Assembly: GCA_030704615.1 (NCBI GenBank)
Contig: CM060731.1
Coordinates: forward strand, 88,040,183-88,104,000
From: Takakia lepidozioides
Lineage: Eukaryota; Plantae; Bryophyta
Direction: 5' to 3'
DNA: 63,818 nt
Each line of letters opens with the position of its first letter. Position 1 is the first letter of the stretch. Positions 38,705 to 51,076 of this stretch are shown here, one piece after another. Below the pieces are notes generated by a model, which worked only from the letters and a program-made list of their open reading frames with translations, searched no databases and had not been told where the DNA came from. The position numbers and the translations under genes are program-made.

Positions 38705-39564
38705 TGTCATGCACCTCACTTCGGTAAGCTCCCCCTCAAGTCATAGTTACTCGCTTTGATGCGCGCGCCTGACTCCCAACCGGCCGCCGGGCCAGCTTCG
38801 GCTGCTCACCGGGACATAATGGTCCCCCTTCACTCTCCCGAAAGACCCTCCACCTATTTGGGCCTAGTGGAAATTCCCTTTGGTAGATGGCAGTCCGGAA
38901 CAGCTCCCCACTCTTTGGTCGCTTTCCGGCTCGCTCGCTTACTCACTAGTTTTTGGTCACCAACGGGCTTGCACCGTTCTCGGGGTTACTACTCCCTATA
39001 TATACTTCTGTAGCTGTCTGCGGGGGTTTCACAACCAGCCATGCCATTTTATGGCGAACCACCACGAAGACCCTCGATTCCCGGTGGTGAGTCGCGGTGA
39101 GTCTTGGCCCGCTCACCACGGCCCCTATGGACCGTGATGAGTCCCAAGACTCCCCACGACTCCCACCACGAGGTCTCCGCCCCCATGGTGAGTCCTATGC
39201 CACCCCCACTAAGTCCCACTAAGCTACCACCACCCCTTGTGGAGCCACCCCCACCGCAACCCGGTGTGCGGGGCTCCACCTAGTGAGCGCCTCCGCTTCC
39301 CTGAGTGCCTTGGGCACTCAAGGGTGCTTCAGCCCCCCTATACCTATCGCTGCCGCTGCCCCCACCACAGGGGCAGCCCCTCATGTGTCCCGACCCCCTG
39401 CCCTCAAGGCAAAGGGCCGCGACAGAGCGCCTCCGCTTCCCTGAGTGCCTTGGGCACTCAAGGGCGCTTCAGCCCCCTTATACCTATCGCTGCCGCTGCC
39501 CCCACCACAGGGGCAGCCCCTCATGTGTCCCGACCCCCTGCCCTCAAGGCAAAGGGCCGCGACA
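38705..39564 (-). repeat. 5' LTR, copy 1 (860 bp)
   Basis: Matches 32315-33180 with a few substitutions and small indels. Confidence 0.95.
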
Positions 39565-40009
39565 CCGTGCCATTACCAAGTATTCTGGTGGCATCAACTT
39601 CAGTAGTAGTGGATGATTTCCAAATCATGCCATGCCGCAGGATATGAAGTATTCAGAGGAATACTTTAAGATGATGGTAGTCCCAACCCACCAAATCCCA
39701 GAAATGGTAGAAAATGTATTCAAGGCCTTAACCCCCTGCAAATCATTAGGCAATTGCATTTGCTCAATCAGGCGCTCATACCTTTGAGAAAAGAAGATGA
39801 AACGGCGGTGATGCACCACTTGGGTTCGAAAGGCTTGGACGAAAGTGTCTCCTCGTGGACTTTGCGTCATTACGAAATTCGAATCGTTAAGGGTACGCAT
39901 GCCGAACATCATTATCCAACAGTCAGGCCGCGCCGCCTGGTGCCACTTCAGTCAGATAGAGTGCAGACATGTGCCACAATTCCGTTGGTCCACGTGTTCA
40001 CATTTCATG

Positions 40010-41270
40010 GCATTTCCGTCCCAGCGTCTGATGAGTTGGAGTGAAAATGCAAATGCGGCGCCGCATTTCCGTTAAGTACCATCCCGAAGCTACACATACC
40101 GTACTGGTTGGAAGAAAATGCGGCACCGCATTTCCGTTCCACCTTCACAAACCTTACTTGTTGAACGGAAATGCGGCACCGCATTTCCGTCCCATAGCTC
40201 CATGCCTGAGATACAAAAGGGAAATGCGGCTCCGCATTTCCGTTCTGGAATGTCGGAAGGTGCGATTCGGACGGAAATGCGGCACCACATTTCAGTTCCC
40301 GTGGTTCATGATTTTCAATCTGAACGGAAATGCGGTACCCCATTTCCGTTCCACCTTCACATACCTTAGTTGATGAACGGAAATGCCGTGCCGCATTTCC
40401 GTTCGGGAAAGTATGAAGGTCTCACCTGGACGGAAATACGGTGCCGCATTTCCGTCCCACAGCTCCATGCCTCATATACAAAACGGAAATGCGCCGCCGC
40501 ATTTCCGTTCTGGAATGTCGGAAGGTGCGACTCGGACGGAAATGCGGTACCGCATTTCCGTTCTGGAGAGTATGAAGGTCTCAAACGGACGGAAATGCGG
40601 TGCAAAATTTCTGTCCTCCGCTCCATGCCTGAGATAGAAAACAGAAATGCGGCGCCGCATTTCCGTTCTGGTGTGTCGGAAGGTTCGACTCGGACGGAAA
40701 TGCGGTGCCGCATTTCAGTTCCCGTTGTTCATAATTCTCAACCAAACGGAAATGCGGTACCGCATTTCCGTTCTCGAGAGTATGAAGGTCTTAACCGGTC
40801 GGAAATGCGGTGCATCGTTCCCGTCCCTCGGCTCCATGCCTCAGATACAAAACGGAAATGCGGCGCCGCATTTCCGTTTTGGAATGTCGGAAGGTGCGAC
40901 TCGGACGGAAATGCGGTGCCGCATTTCAGTTCCGATGGTTCACGATTTTCAGTCAGAACGGAAATGCGGTACTGCATTTCCGTTCTGGAGAGTATGAAGG
41001 TCTCAAACGGACGGAAATGCGGTGCAGCATTTCTATCCCTCAGCTCCATGCCTCAAATACAAAACGGAAATGCGGTGCCGCATTTCCGTTCTGGTATGTC
41101 GGAAGGTGCGACTCGGACGGAAATGTGGTGCCGCATTTCAGTTCCCGTGGTTCATGATTCTCAATCAGAACGGAAATGCGGCACCGCATTTCCATTCTGG
41201 AGAGTATAAAGGTTTCCCCTGGACGGAAACTCGGTGCCGCGGAAATGCGGAACCTCATTTCCGCATGCGG
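40010..41270. repeat. Palindrome array upstream of the transposase
   Basis: GGAAATGCGGYRCCGCATTTCC copies; shorter inverted version of 18270-20090. Confidence 0.9.
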
Positions 41271-41678
41271 AACCTCAATGGGTTGCATTGTTCCGAAACA
41301 ACACAATTGCGGCCTGTCTTAATGAGCACAACTTGGTTGTCTGACCGTTTTAACTAACAGTCGTGGCACTTGTAAGTGCGAACGTTCATGTCTGCACCGA
41401 GAATACTGCTGGATCCACCCTCAGGAGAAACTGTCAGGAGATATTATTTCGTCGCCGAATCGGCCATCATTGTCATACTTACTGGCTATGGAATCACACC
41501 TCGCACCTTCATGCATGTAGCTTGAAACAATACTTTCCACTTCAATGTGCGACTTCCAATCGTCGATGGACTCCGCAGATCCACTTACATGGTGCCTGTG
41601 ACCTTGGTCTGTCGCTATACTGAACCTCGCATTTGCCAACTTCGTGCGGTCTTCAATGGCTCCGAATTCCTACGCTAT

Positions 41679-41883
41679 CCTCCATGATCCACTCCTTTGC
41701 TGACAGCAGGTTTATTTGCCCTCCCACTCGGTTGGGCGTTTCCGACACCCGTAACACTTCACCACCATTCCCACACGGTAGCGTGACTATTCTTTTGCGG
41801 CCATCTATGACCGCTCCGGATTTGCTCGAAAAGGTCATCCCCAAAATGAGATCCACTCCATCAATCTCGCAAATGGTGAAGTT
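41679..41883 (-). other. Captured ~200-bp chromovirus protease fragment
   Basis: DLILGMTF.SKSGAVIDGRKR..CGNGGEVLRVSETP matches ~36997-37203 and is absent at the homologous site near 17853. Confidence 0.85.
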
Positions 41884-42268
41884 TTGCTGTCCTCCGCAAC
41901 TTGGGAGAGCCTAGATCCCAAACAAGGGAGGACTTTGCAGAGTGACTAAAACTTACATTTGTTCCAAATTCAAGCTCAAACCGGGCACAGTTTATTTGGA
42001 AGAAGAAAGGAAGGATGTTCCTGGACAGGTTGACGAGACCATTGTCGTGCTAGGTAACGACGGAGGTTGCGGAATCAAATGGCACGTACCCCCATCAGAC
42101 ACCATCCTGTACCGAGGTGTGGGAATGCCCATTCCCTTTCTGAATCAGTTGCTGCCCACACCATCCACAAAGGAGTCCGGAAACCGACAGGCGGCCACTG
42201 CCAACAGAGAGGTATGCAATGATAATCATTCCTGACCTGGACCGTCAAGACCCTCCATAGCTTCTCGT

Positions 42269-45200
42269 GTGGACGTATTCGACATTTCCGACAAGGAAGA
42301 TGAGTGCATTGAGGTCCCCATGTCCTCCACACGGTTGTTCAAATCCGACATGGACGTCTCTGCAGGTGCTACGCATGTACCCTCGAGCATAACTCCAACC
42401 CGGTCCATTGTGCAGCTCCTACGACAACATCACCTCGATGGTTCTCGCTCCGAGCTGGCTGCTCTTGACTATGCCAAATTTCCAGTCAGGAAGGTAACTT
42501 ATCTGCCTCCCGAAGTCGATGGCAATGTCATCTTCGAGTTTCCACCTGTTACTTCGTCAAACAAAGCCTCAGGGATGTTAACAGACATGGATCAAAAGCA
42601 TGACGGACACCCCTGGTGTGTGACAAAGACCAGTAGCACGAAAATTGCTGATGGTGTTTGTGTACAATACGTCCTGTGTGCGGGGAAGCTGAGGTGCCTC
42701 AATCCCGCCTGCTTCCACTTTCTCTCCAAAGGAGGGCAGAGAAACGAGACAGATTGGACTGGCACAACGCATCATCCATTCATTGTCTCCAGCCAAGCTC
42801 CTGCGGGTACTTTCAAGTGCGCATATTGCAAAGAACCACCGACGTGCATGTCCATGTGCAGAGCCAAGCAATATTACGTTATCCATTTGCTCCCGGACTT
42901 GACTAGAGCTTGCATACACGTTGGAGTCCACTGCCACCCCTTGGCGAGAGGCAACATGCGTGAGGTTGTGCAGGAAGCACATGACATCATAAAAGAGGAG
43001 GTGAAATTGAGCCTCGGAGCCAGATCAAAGCAGATTCAGCTGAAGGCAGCCCACAAGATTGCTCTTGGCAAAATCATGTCTAAAGATGGTTCAGACCGGG
43101 TGCCCTTGAACGAAGAGGAGATGCTTGACCTGTTGGAGTCCGTCTTGCACGTTTGTAGTCCGAATGTGCGGAATCACATCGTATCTTGCAAGCAGGAGTT
43201 CGGCCGGGGGTCGGACATGCACTCAATCCTGGAGGTGAAACAAATGATTGGGTATGACTACATCCAAGGTAGCAGGTTTCCACGGCAAGGCAGCGAATCC
43301 GATCGTTGTTACATTTTTAAAATGTCGACGTGTGGTCGACTTGGTCACTCGCATGACAACTGGAAACTTGTCGAATGCTTGGGTGATGTTTGATCACATC
43401 AAACGAATTACAAACCATCAGTGGGTGACTATGGGTGCGCATGTTTATGACTATCACTCCAAGAGGCTCATGACGATTGCAATCTGCGAGATGAAAGGGG
43501 AGGACACACAGTCGGAGATGCATCTGTGGGAGGGCATAAACGAGCAGATGGCAAGGGCGGGATTGCCAGAGCCCAATTTCAGGGGATTCATGGCAAACAA
43601 CGCTCAGGCCAACTGGGCAGCGGTGCGGCGTGTGTACGGTGAGGACCCCAATGTTCCAATGGAGGGGAAAGAGAGATCCTGTGGATTCCATTGGATGCAG
43701 AGTCTATCTCACTACACTACCAAATTTGTTGCTAGCTCATTCCAGGCTGAACACCGTGTCCTTTGTACGGCGTGGAAGGATGCACCCACATTTGATGACG
43801 CGGAGGTTAAGTTTGCTATCATCGAGGCTTGGTGGAACACGTCAGGTGCAGTGGAGACAACCAATCTGGGACCCTTGCACAGCTGGTTGGGGTGGTGGCA
43901 TTTCCGGTATCGACAGTTCGGACAGTACATGCGGGAGGTATGATCCTGTCATTTTCGTGCAATTGTCTTTCTATTACGGACCTTTCCATTGGTTCCTCAC
44001 CATTGTTTGTGTCCTTGTAGGAGCGGTGCTTGGATTCCGACACGGACATGCCGAACACGAATATGGCAGAATCAGTGCACTCCTCCTGGCGTGCGTCTTC
44101 TGTCGCACATCTGGTGGACGTAGTGACGGCCACAACGGAGGACATCGAAAGAGCAATCATGCAGCAAGCCACGTACTACAAGTTCCTGAGCGGCAAACAA
44201 TGGGGCTTTGGGCCGGACAGGGAGGAATTGTTGGTACGAACAGCTTCGAGGTCGAAGAATCCACTGAAATGGGCAACAACTTTGCGAGAGAAGATAAAAG
44301 GGACGCCTCTGCACCGCAGAGGTGAGCACCTAGAGGGGGACGTCCGTACTCGCCCTGTGAGGCGGAGGATTGAAGAGGAACCCGGGTGCAAAGAGGATTC
44401 CTAGAGATCCGACAGGAACATTCGGACAGCACCTCGAGGGCCCGTCATGTTGCCGCACAATGTGTCTTCCAGCAGTGGAAGCCCAAGAAATTCCAGATCG
44501 CCATCGCCTTCAAGCGAGGATTCCGTGCGAGAAATTCCCACCGCTCGCTTGCCCCAGATTCCGCCCGCTGTTATGCAGTATGGCCAAGCCATTGTGGAGA
44601 CGACTGTGTCTGCGTCACAGTGGAGAATTGCTCGCACAAAGCCGTCGTTTCGAGGCAGGTGTTCCGCAATTCGAGTGGATACACGGCAATGTTGTTTAGA
44701 GATGATAAGGAGGAATCCAGATGGTGCTGTCCCTGCTCCTACTTTTACACGAAGATTTGTCCATGCAAAGTTTGCGGAGGCAACAACCACCCAGTTCTGG
44801 TTCTGCAGGCACGACATTATGACTTGCGTGTATGGAAAGCCCAAGTACGGCATACAAACAATGCCAGAGGCTCCCCCGGTGTGGCCGGTGGAACCAGGCT
44901 GCAATCTGAGTCAAGTTGAGGCCGACGCCCTTATCGCCGCAGGATTTCGGATGGTGCAGCGCACTGACGTCCCCAGACAACCATTTCCGCTTCCACGGCC
45001 TCCACCACCGACCCCTATGAGAGCAAGAACAATGGGACCCGACAGCTCTAAGCATCCTACACACCGTTGGGGGAAACCGAAGAGGCGGCGACCTCCCTCA
45101 AAAGTGAACGAAACAAGGATGGGGAATGCACTTCGGATAAACTGTACAATCCAGAGCTCGACAGAAGTGCCCCCACCAGGCTTCGGGCGTGTGTATCAGA

Positions 45201-45451
45201 TGGCCACGACAGGCTCAGCTGTTTGCAATGAGGTGTACACCATCACCATTTCAGAATTACCCACCTGCAATTGCACCGACTTTCAGATCATGGCGAACAA
45301 GGGGGCATCATACTGCCCTTGCAAGCATCTGTACTACGTGTACCTAAAGAGACTCCGGTGTAATTCCACAACTCATCACTTCATACATGCACCAGGGTTG
45401 AGCCCCCAAGAGGTGCACACTCTTCTGAATATGGATCCAGGGGACCAGTGA
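42269..45451 (+). pseudogene. MULE/Mutator-type transposase with GCM-like N-terminal domain and C-terminal SWIM finger
   Basis: DGHPW..CAGKLRC..CAYC..C.AK..HVGVHCHP (GCM/WRKY-like); VMFDH, FMANNAQANW, CGFHW, TNMAES (DDE core with CxxH); CNCTDF..CKH (SWIM); intron ~43938-44020, frameshift near 43330, stop at 44402. Confidence 0.8.
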
Positions 45452-46164
45452 CCTTGGCTTGCGGTCCCAACATTATGGTACGCCCATCCTTTTCGGATAG
45501 TAGCAAGTAGCTCTAACTCTGGCCACAGAAAGGTTTGACTTATGTCTTGCCTACCAGTAACCTGTTTTGCTCGAACTAAGATAATACTATGTCATTCACT
45601 CGTGTTTCCACGTGCATGTATTTTTGTGTGTTGGAGGGTTCCTGTTTTTCTGCTCTCCCAAACTTTGCTTTCCTCATTCGACCCCCGGCAAGGAAATGCA
45701 GCGCCGCATTTCCAAGTAACGTCGTAGGTACTGGTAGATGCGGCATTCACCAACACCAAACTGCCCAGAAATTTCGCACGTGCGAACCCTAATGCGGCAC
45801 CGCATTTCCCAGTTGAGTCGCAAACCTTTCCCGCCGAATACTCGAAGATGATAGAATTGTGCAGACTCTATTGGTTCAATCGCGGTAAAAGGGTCAGCTT
45901 CATTCCAATGTTAAGGCATGTAAAACCGCGGAATACTCTATACAGGCCAGTATGCGACGTCCTTTTGCCGTGGTATACTGGATTTCTCGTTGCACGGTCA
46001 CTCATTTCCATGAGTGGATCTAAAAAACCATGAGCGGAGTTGTTACTGACGACATATCTTCGCCGCATTACAGGATCTGGAACTTCCAAAAACGGCAAGG
46101 TCAAATTAAAAACTATTATTTTAGAGGAGTCCGCTCATGAAATCCGCGTGTCTTAGATTTCGGC

Positions 46165-46226
46165 TCACCGCTCATGCGGCTCATGGCTCATGGCTCATGG
46201 TTTCTGCTCATGAAATAGTAAACCTC
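46165..46226 (+). repeat. Transposon left terminus
   Basis: GCTCATG repeats; reads GAGGTTTACTATTTCATGAGC from outside, versus GGGGGCTGCTATTTCATGAGC at the right ends. Confidence 0.7.
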
Positions 46227-47490
46227 GAGAATATCCCTCGGATGGAAAAACGGCACCGAATTTCCATCCGAGGCCGTTCGGATGAAGACGTCTCGTGGGG
46301 AGAGGACGACACCTGCCCGACAGAGAATATCCCTCGGATGGAAAAACGGCGCCGAATTTCCATCCGAGGCCGTTCAGATGAAGTCGTCTCGTGGGGAGAG
46401 GACGACACCTGCCCGACAGAGAACCTCCCTCGGATGAAAAAACGGCGCCGAATTTCCATCCGAGGCCTTTCGGATGGAGTTGTCTCGGGGGGGAGAGGCC
46501 GACACCTAGCCGACAAAGAACACCCCCCGGATGGAAAAACGGCGCCGTTTCCATATGAGGCCCGTCGGATGAAGTCGTCTCGGGGGGAGAGGCCGACACC
46601 TGCCCAACAGAGAACATCCCTCGGATGGAAAAACGGCGCCGAATTGCCATCCGAGGCCGTTCGGATGAAGTCGTCTCGTGGGGAGAGGACGACACCTGCC
46701 CGACAGAGAACATCCCTCAGATGGAAAAATGGCGCCGAATTTCCATCCGAGGCCGTTCGGATGAAGTTGTCTCGGGGGGAGAGGCCGACACCTGGCCAAC
46801 AAAGAACATCCCCTGGATGGAAAAACGGCGCCGAATTTCGATACGAGGCCCGTCGGATGAAGTCGTCTCGGGGGGAGAGGCCGACACCTGCCCTACAGAG
46901 AACATCCCTCGAATGGAAAAACGGCACCGAATTTCCATCCGAGGCCGTTCGGGTGAAGTCATCTCGTGGGGAGAGGCCGACACCTGACCGACAGAGAATA
47001 TCCCTTGGATGAAAAAATGGCGCCAAATTTCCATCCGTGGCCGTTCGGATGAAGTCGTCTCGGGGGGAGAGGCCGACACCTGGCCGACAGAGAACATCCC
47101 CCGGATGGAAAAATGGCGCTGAATTCCCATACGAGGCCCGTTGGATGAAGTCGTCTCGGGGGGAGAGGCCGACACCTGGCCGACAGAGAACATCCCCCGG
47201 ATGGAAAAACGGCGCTGAATTTCCATACGAGGCCCGTCGGATGAAGTCGTCTCGGGGGGAGAGGCCGACACCTGGCCGACAGAGAACATCCCCCGGATGG
47301 AAAAACGGCGCTGAATTTCCATACGAGGCCCGTCGGATGAAGTCGTCTCGGGGGGAGAGGCCGACAGAGAACATCCCTCGGATGGAAAAACGGCGCCGTA
47401 TTTCCATCCAAGGCCGCACGGATGGAGTCGTCTCGGGGGGAGTGGCCGAAAGAGATCATCTGCAGGATGGAAAAACGGCGCCGAATATGC
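46227..47490. repeat. 96-bp tandem repeat (~13 units) containing the quasi-palindrome GGATGGAAAAACGGCGCCGAATTTCCATCC
   Basis: Unit starts at 46227, 46323, 46419. Confidence 0.9.
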
Positions 47491-47680
47491 ATCAACAGAC
47501 GCCCGTATCGACCCTTCATCAACAATTTTCATTCGTTTTTCGTGTTTTTTTGTCTAATTAGTCACTCAACTTAGAGTTTTTTGCCTGCGGTCCACTTTTT
47601 GGCACGTTATGCCAACCAATGTCGTCCGGTAGAGACAAATTCGGTGCCGGATTTCCATTTATGAGGTGGACCGACTTACT

Positions 47681-47930
47681 TGCAGGATGGAAATTTGGCG
47701 CCGGTTTTCCATCCGGCCGCGCTCCCGCTTGCCTGCAGGATGGAAATTCGGCGCCGGTTTTCCATCCGGCTGCGCTCCCGCTTGCCTGCAGGATGGAAAT
47801 TCGGCGCCGGTTTTCCATCCGGCTGCGCTCCCGCTTGCCTGCAGGATGTAAATTCGTCGCCGGTTTTCCATCCGGCCGAGCTCTGACTTGCCTGCAGGAT
47901 GGAAATTCTGCGCCGGTTTTCCATCTGGCT
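47681..47930. repeat. 53-bp tandem repeat (~5 units) with the same family-2 quasi-palindrome in opposite orientation
   Basis: TGCAGGATG at 47681, 47734, 47787, 47840, 47893. Confidence 0.9.
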
Positions 47931-48273
47931 GCTTCTGAATGAGAACGTCTCGAGCGGAGGGAGGGCCACGGTGCGTCCCACTTCATCCGCTGAATGGAAA
48001 TTCGGCGCCATTTTTTCCATCCAGCGGGCTGCTGATGAAGTCTTGGGGGGAGGGTGGGCCAGGTGGCGCCTGTGGGCAACCTCCATACCTACATTTAAGG
48101 GCGCAGTTGCGCATTAAATGTCCTCCGCCGTCTGTTTGAACCAGATGTTCCGCACGGATACCGCGCTTGCTTCCCGGATACGCCTTCGACACCTGATGTG
48201 ATGGGTGGATGAAGTTCCATTCGAGGCATGTACGCACGCATTCTGCGGGAGATTTTTTCTTTTACTCGGACTT

Positions 48274-51076
48274 ATGCCGCGTGGAGAAGGGCGTGGCTCT
48301 TCTGAGAGAAACCCCACATCCAGACCGCGTCGCAAACTAAAGCCTTTGTACTACGGGCAGCAATGCGGCAATGCGGACCAGCCGAACGGCGACAAGGCGG
48401 CAACGCGCCTTCTGTGCAGGTACATACACGTTGCCTTTCTTTGATCCGTGGCCATTGTAGTCCCTACATTTCCAGGATGTAAGTTGCCTTATGTGGCGCA
48501 TGAAAATTAGTTGTGAAGCCCCTAGAAAAATGGCGCCGAATTTCCTGTTTCCGGCCATGGGGCGGATAGCTAAGCCCCGGGGGTGGCTGGCACAGTCTGG
48601 AAATGCGGCACCATTTTTCCAGTTCCGGGCCCAGTCAGTTCTGGGACTTAGCCATTTTCGGACCCTGTACTGGAAAAATGGCGCCATATTTCCAGTTCCG
48701 GGCCCAGTCAGATCTGGGACTTAGCCATTTTCGGACCCAACGTGGAAAAATGGATGTGATTCTGTCTGTGTTTTTTGAATGCAGGTACTGTAAGTTCTCC
48801 CTGTTGGAGAAAGGTCATCTGTCCTTCGAGCCGCCATTCTTCCTCGCATGGAGGAACCCTGAGCTGACTCCATGTACACTGACGTTATCATGAAGGAGTG
48901 GCATCTGGAGCATTTGCGCGACTGCCCTTGGTATGTGGACCTTCCGCCCGGCTCACTCGACTCATCCGAGTTCCAATTGAAGCTGGATGCGGAGGCCCGA
49001 CGAAACCGGGCTCCGCTGCCTCCGCTGGGTCCAAAGGAGGCGAAAGGGCTTGCCAAGTCCAGGAAAGCGGCAGAGCTTGCTCAGGCAGGTATTCAGGAGA
49101 AATTGAACGAGAAGAATAAAGGACAAATGAAAGGACACGGAAACAGGGGAGTAAAGTAACCCCCAAAAAACAAAAAACCACCGGGGCACCAGAGGAGGCG
49201 CAGGAGGGGCCCCAAGGGAGTGACTCCGACGACGACTTTGTGCAAGGTCCTGCGACTACTGCTGCTGCTACCAAGTCACCGGTCGTCCAGGTTCCCAAGT
49301 TAGTTCGGACTGGGACTGGCTCTGCCAAGAAGTTGGCATTTGAGGGCGAGCCTACACGGCGGTATTCGGCGATGACGTTTCCGCAGAGGCCAAAGCTAGA
49401 ATCCCCAACTATCATCCAATGCGTCAATGAGAGCTTCCTTGATGCTCTGGCTGCCAGGGCGAAGAAGGTGGCACACAACAAGTCTCTAGAGGAGCTGAAG
49501 GGGAAAGCCAAGAAGAGGGCTGCTGCTACAGAGCCTAAAGACACCCCTGGTTTGGAAGCCATGATGGAATTCTTCACGGCTGTGAGCACGGATTGCAAGA
49601 GCACTCGGGGGGGGGGGGGGGGGGTTGAGGTGGAGAGAGCCTACGATATGATTCTCCTCGATATTCCAGATGGGGACCTGCTAGAGGCCTGGATGGTGTG
49701 CCCACCTGGAACAGGTTTACGGAGGACTACTGGAGAGCCGGGTTTGGGCTGGCGGGGATGCTCCTGGATGACGGTGGATGTATGGTGGTCCTTGCCACAA
49801 GAGGGAAGACCACAGAGAATGCTGTGGCAAGGTGGACACCAAAAAGTGTCACCCCGGTCCTCCTCAAAAAATGGTTCTGCATCAATACGCAGGGGTTGCA
49901 AACAGAGTGTAAGTTATCAATCTATTGCATTCACTTCATATTGTGGTGTATCTAGACTAGACCCTGGAGTGGATCCCTCTTTTGTTGGATGTGCAGACAT
50001 TGGTGTTTGAGGCATATTGTTTTGTGAAGAGAGGGTCTACGTTCAAATTCCGCAATGATGGTCGTCTTGTTGATGCCGCTGTGGACACTGTTACCTACGA
50101 TGTCCTCTACAACTATGTGCCCCAATCCAGTATGCCGAAGGACACAAAGACAGGCAAACCGTGGCTGTACAGTCGGACCCGGAGCCCTGCTTTCATCCAA
50201 ACCCTCATGGAGACGTGCTCGGATGTCCAAGGGCGGATTCTTGACCTCACATGCGGCACGGGTAAGCCTTCACGTGCACATTTTGTCCCTTGGCCTGATT
50301 GCAATTGCATGCCGCATGCTACTAACCACCCGCTTTGTCCCTCAGGTGCTTCAAAGTGGGTAGGGACGTTGTACGACAGGCATGTCTTCGCCTTCGAGCC
50401 AGATACTGCCCTCCACAACTCTGAACTTGCAGCGGCTGAACGTCTGCCGAAAGAGGAAGAGGCATCCTTGGAGGATGAGGAAGAATCCGAGAAGGAGGTG
50501 GGGGAGGTACAAGTTGGGATCGAGGCCGAGGAGCCCCCGGTTTACGAGTGAGTGGTCGCATTGTAAGTTGCCTCCTGATTTCGTGAGGCACCTCCCTTCG
50601 CTCTCTTATTTCATTGAAAGACCATTTTTGGCTTCTGCTGGTATAAACATTCTTAAAGTGGATTTGTTCTTACTGCAGGATGCCAAGTATTGTAGGAGGG
50701 ACGTCTACACCACAATTCATGGGCAGGAGGAACGTGTCTTTTTTTGCCAAGGGGGATTTCATGTCGAGTCTAGAAAGTACAACAGATTTTAGACGAGGCA
50801 AGCCTCAAGAAAATGAAGATGAGGGAGGAGGCAGCAGCTATTAGAGCCCGTTAGGCTCGTAGATTTGTCTTGGATTTTGCTGAGGAAAGTGGGGGAGAAG
50901 AGGCAGAAGATTCCCAGGAGGTGAGGTGGACAGTCCCCCAAGGAGAGGACGGAATTTTTGAGAGGCATAGTGGAACTGATGCATCACAGAGGATGGGGGG
51001 GATGAGGGGGATGGGGGGGATGGGGGGGATGAGGGGGATGAGGAGGAAGGTGGGGCAAGTTCCTCGGAGGGTGTAA
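48274..51076 (+). pseudogene. Family-2 methyltransferase-like gene lacking ParB exons
   Basis: RRKLKPLYYG, EPPFFLAW, CPWYVD, QCVNESFL, MILLDIPDG (49660), RTRSPAFIQTLMETC, DLTCGTG (50243), EVRWTVPQGEDGIFE; intron positions match family 1. Confidence 0.75.

Larger units (their letters stand above)
32315..39564 (-). mobile_element. Full-length chromovirus Ty3/gypsy LTR retrotransposon, copy 1
   Basis: TG...CA LTRs, 5-bp TSD CCGTG at 32310-32314 and 39565-39569, PBS, PPT, gag-pol with chromodomain. Confidence 0.95.
39787..46226 (-). mobile_element. Left arm of MULE family 1 (palindrome array, transposase, left terminus)
   Basis: Overlaps 17750-20325 in reverse; ends in CTCATGAAATAGTAAACCTC, an imperfect counterpart of the right end. 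Confidence 0.75.

Noticed and set aside
46137-48086. Long ORFs (291-403 aa) with 32-aa repeats
   Set aside because: By-products of the 96-bp and 53-bp tandem repeats; open in several frames on both strands
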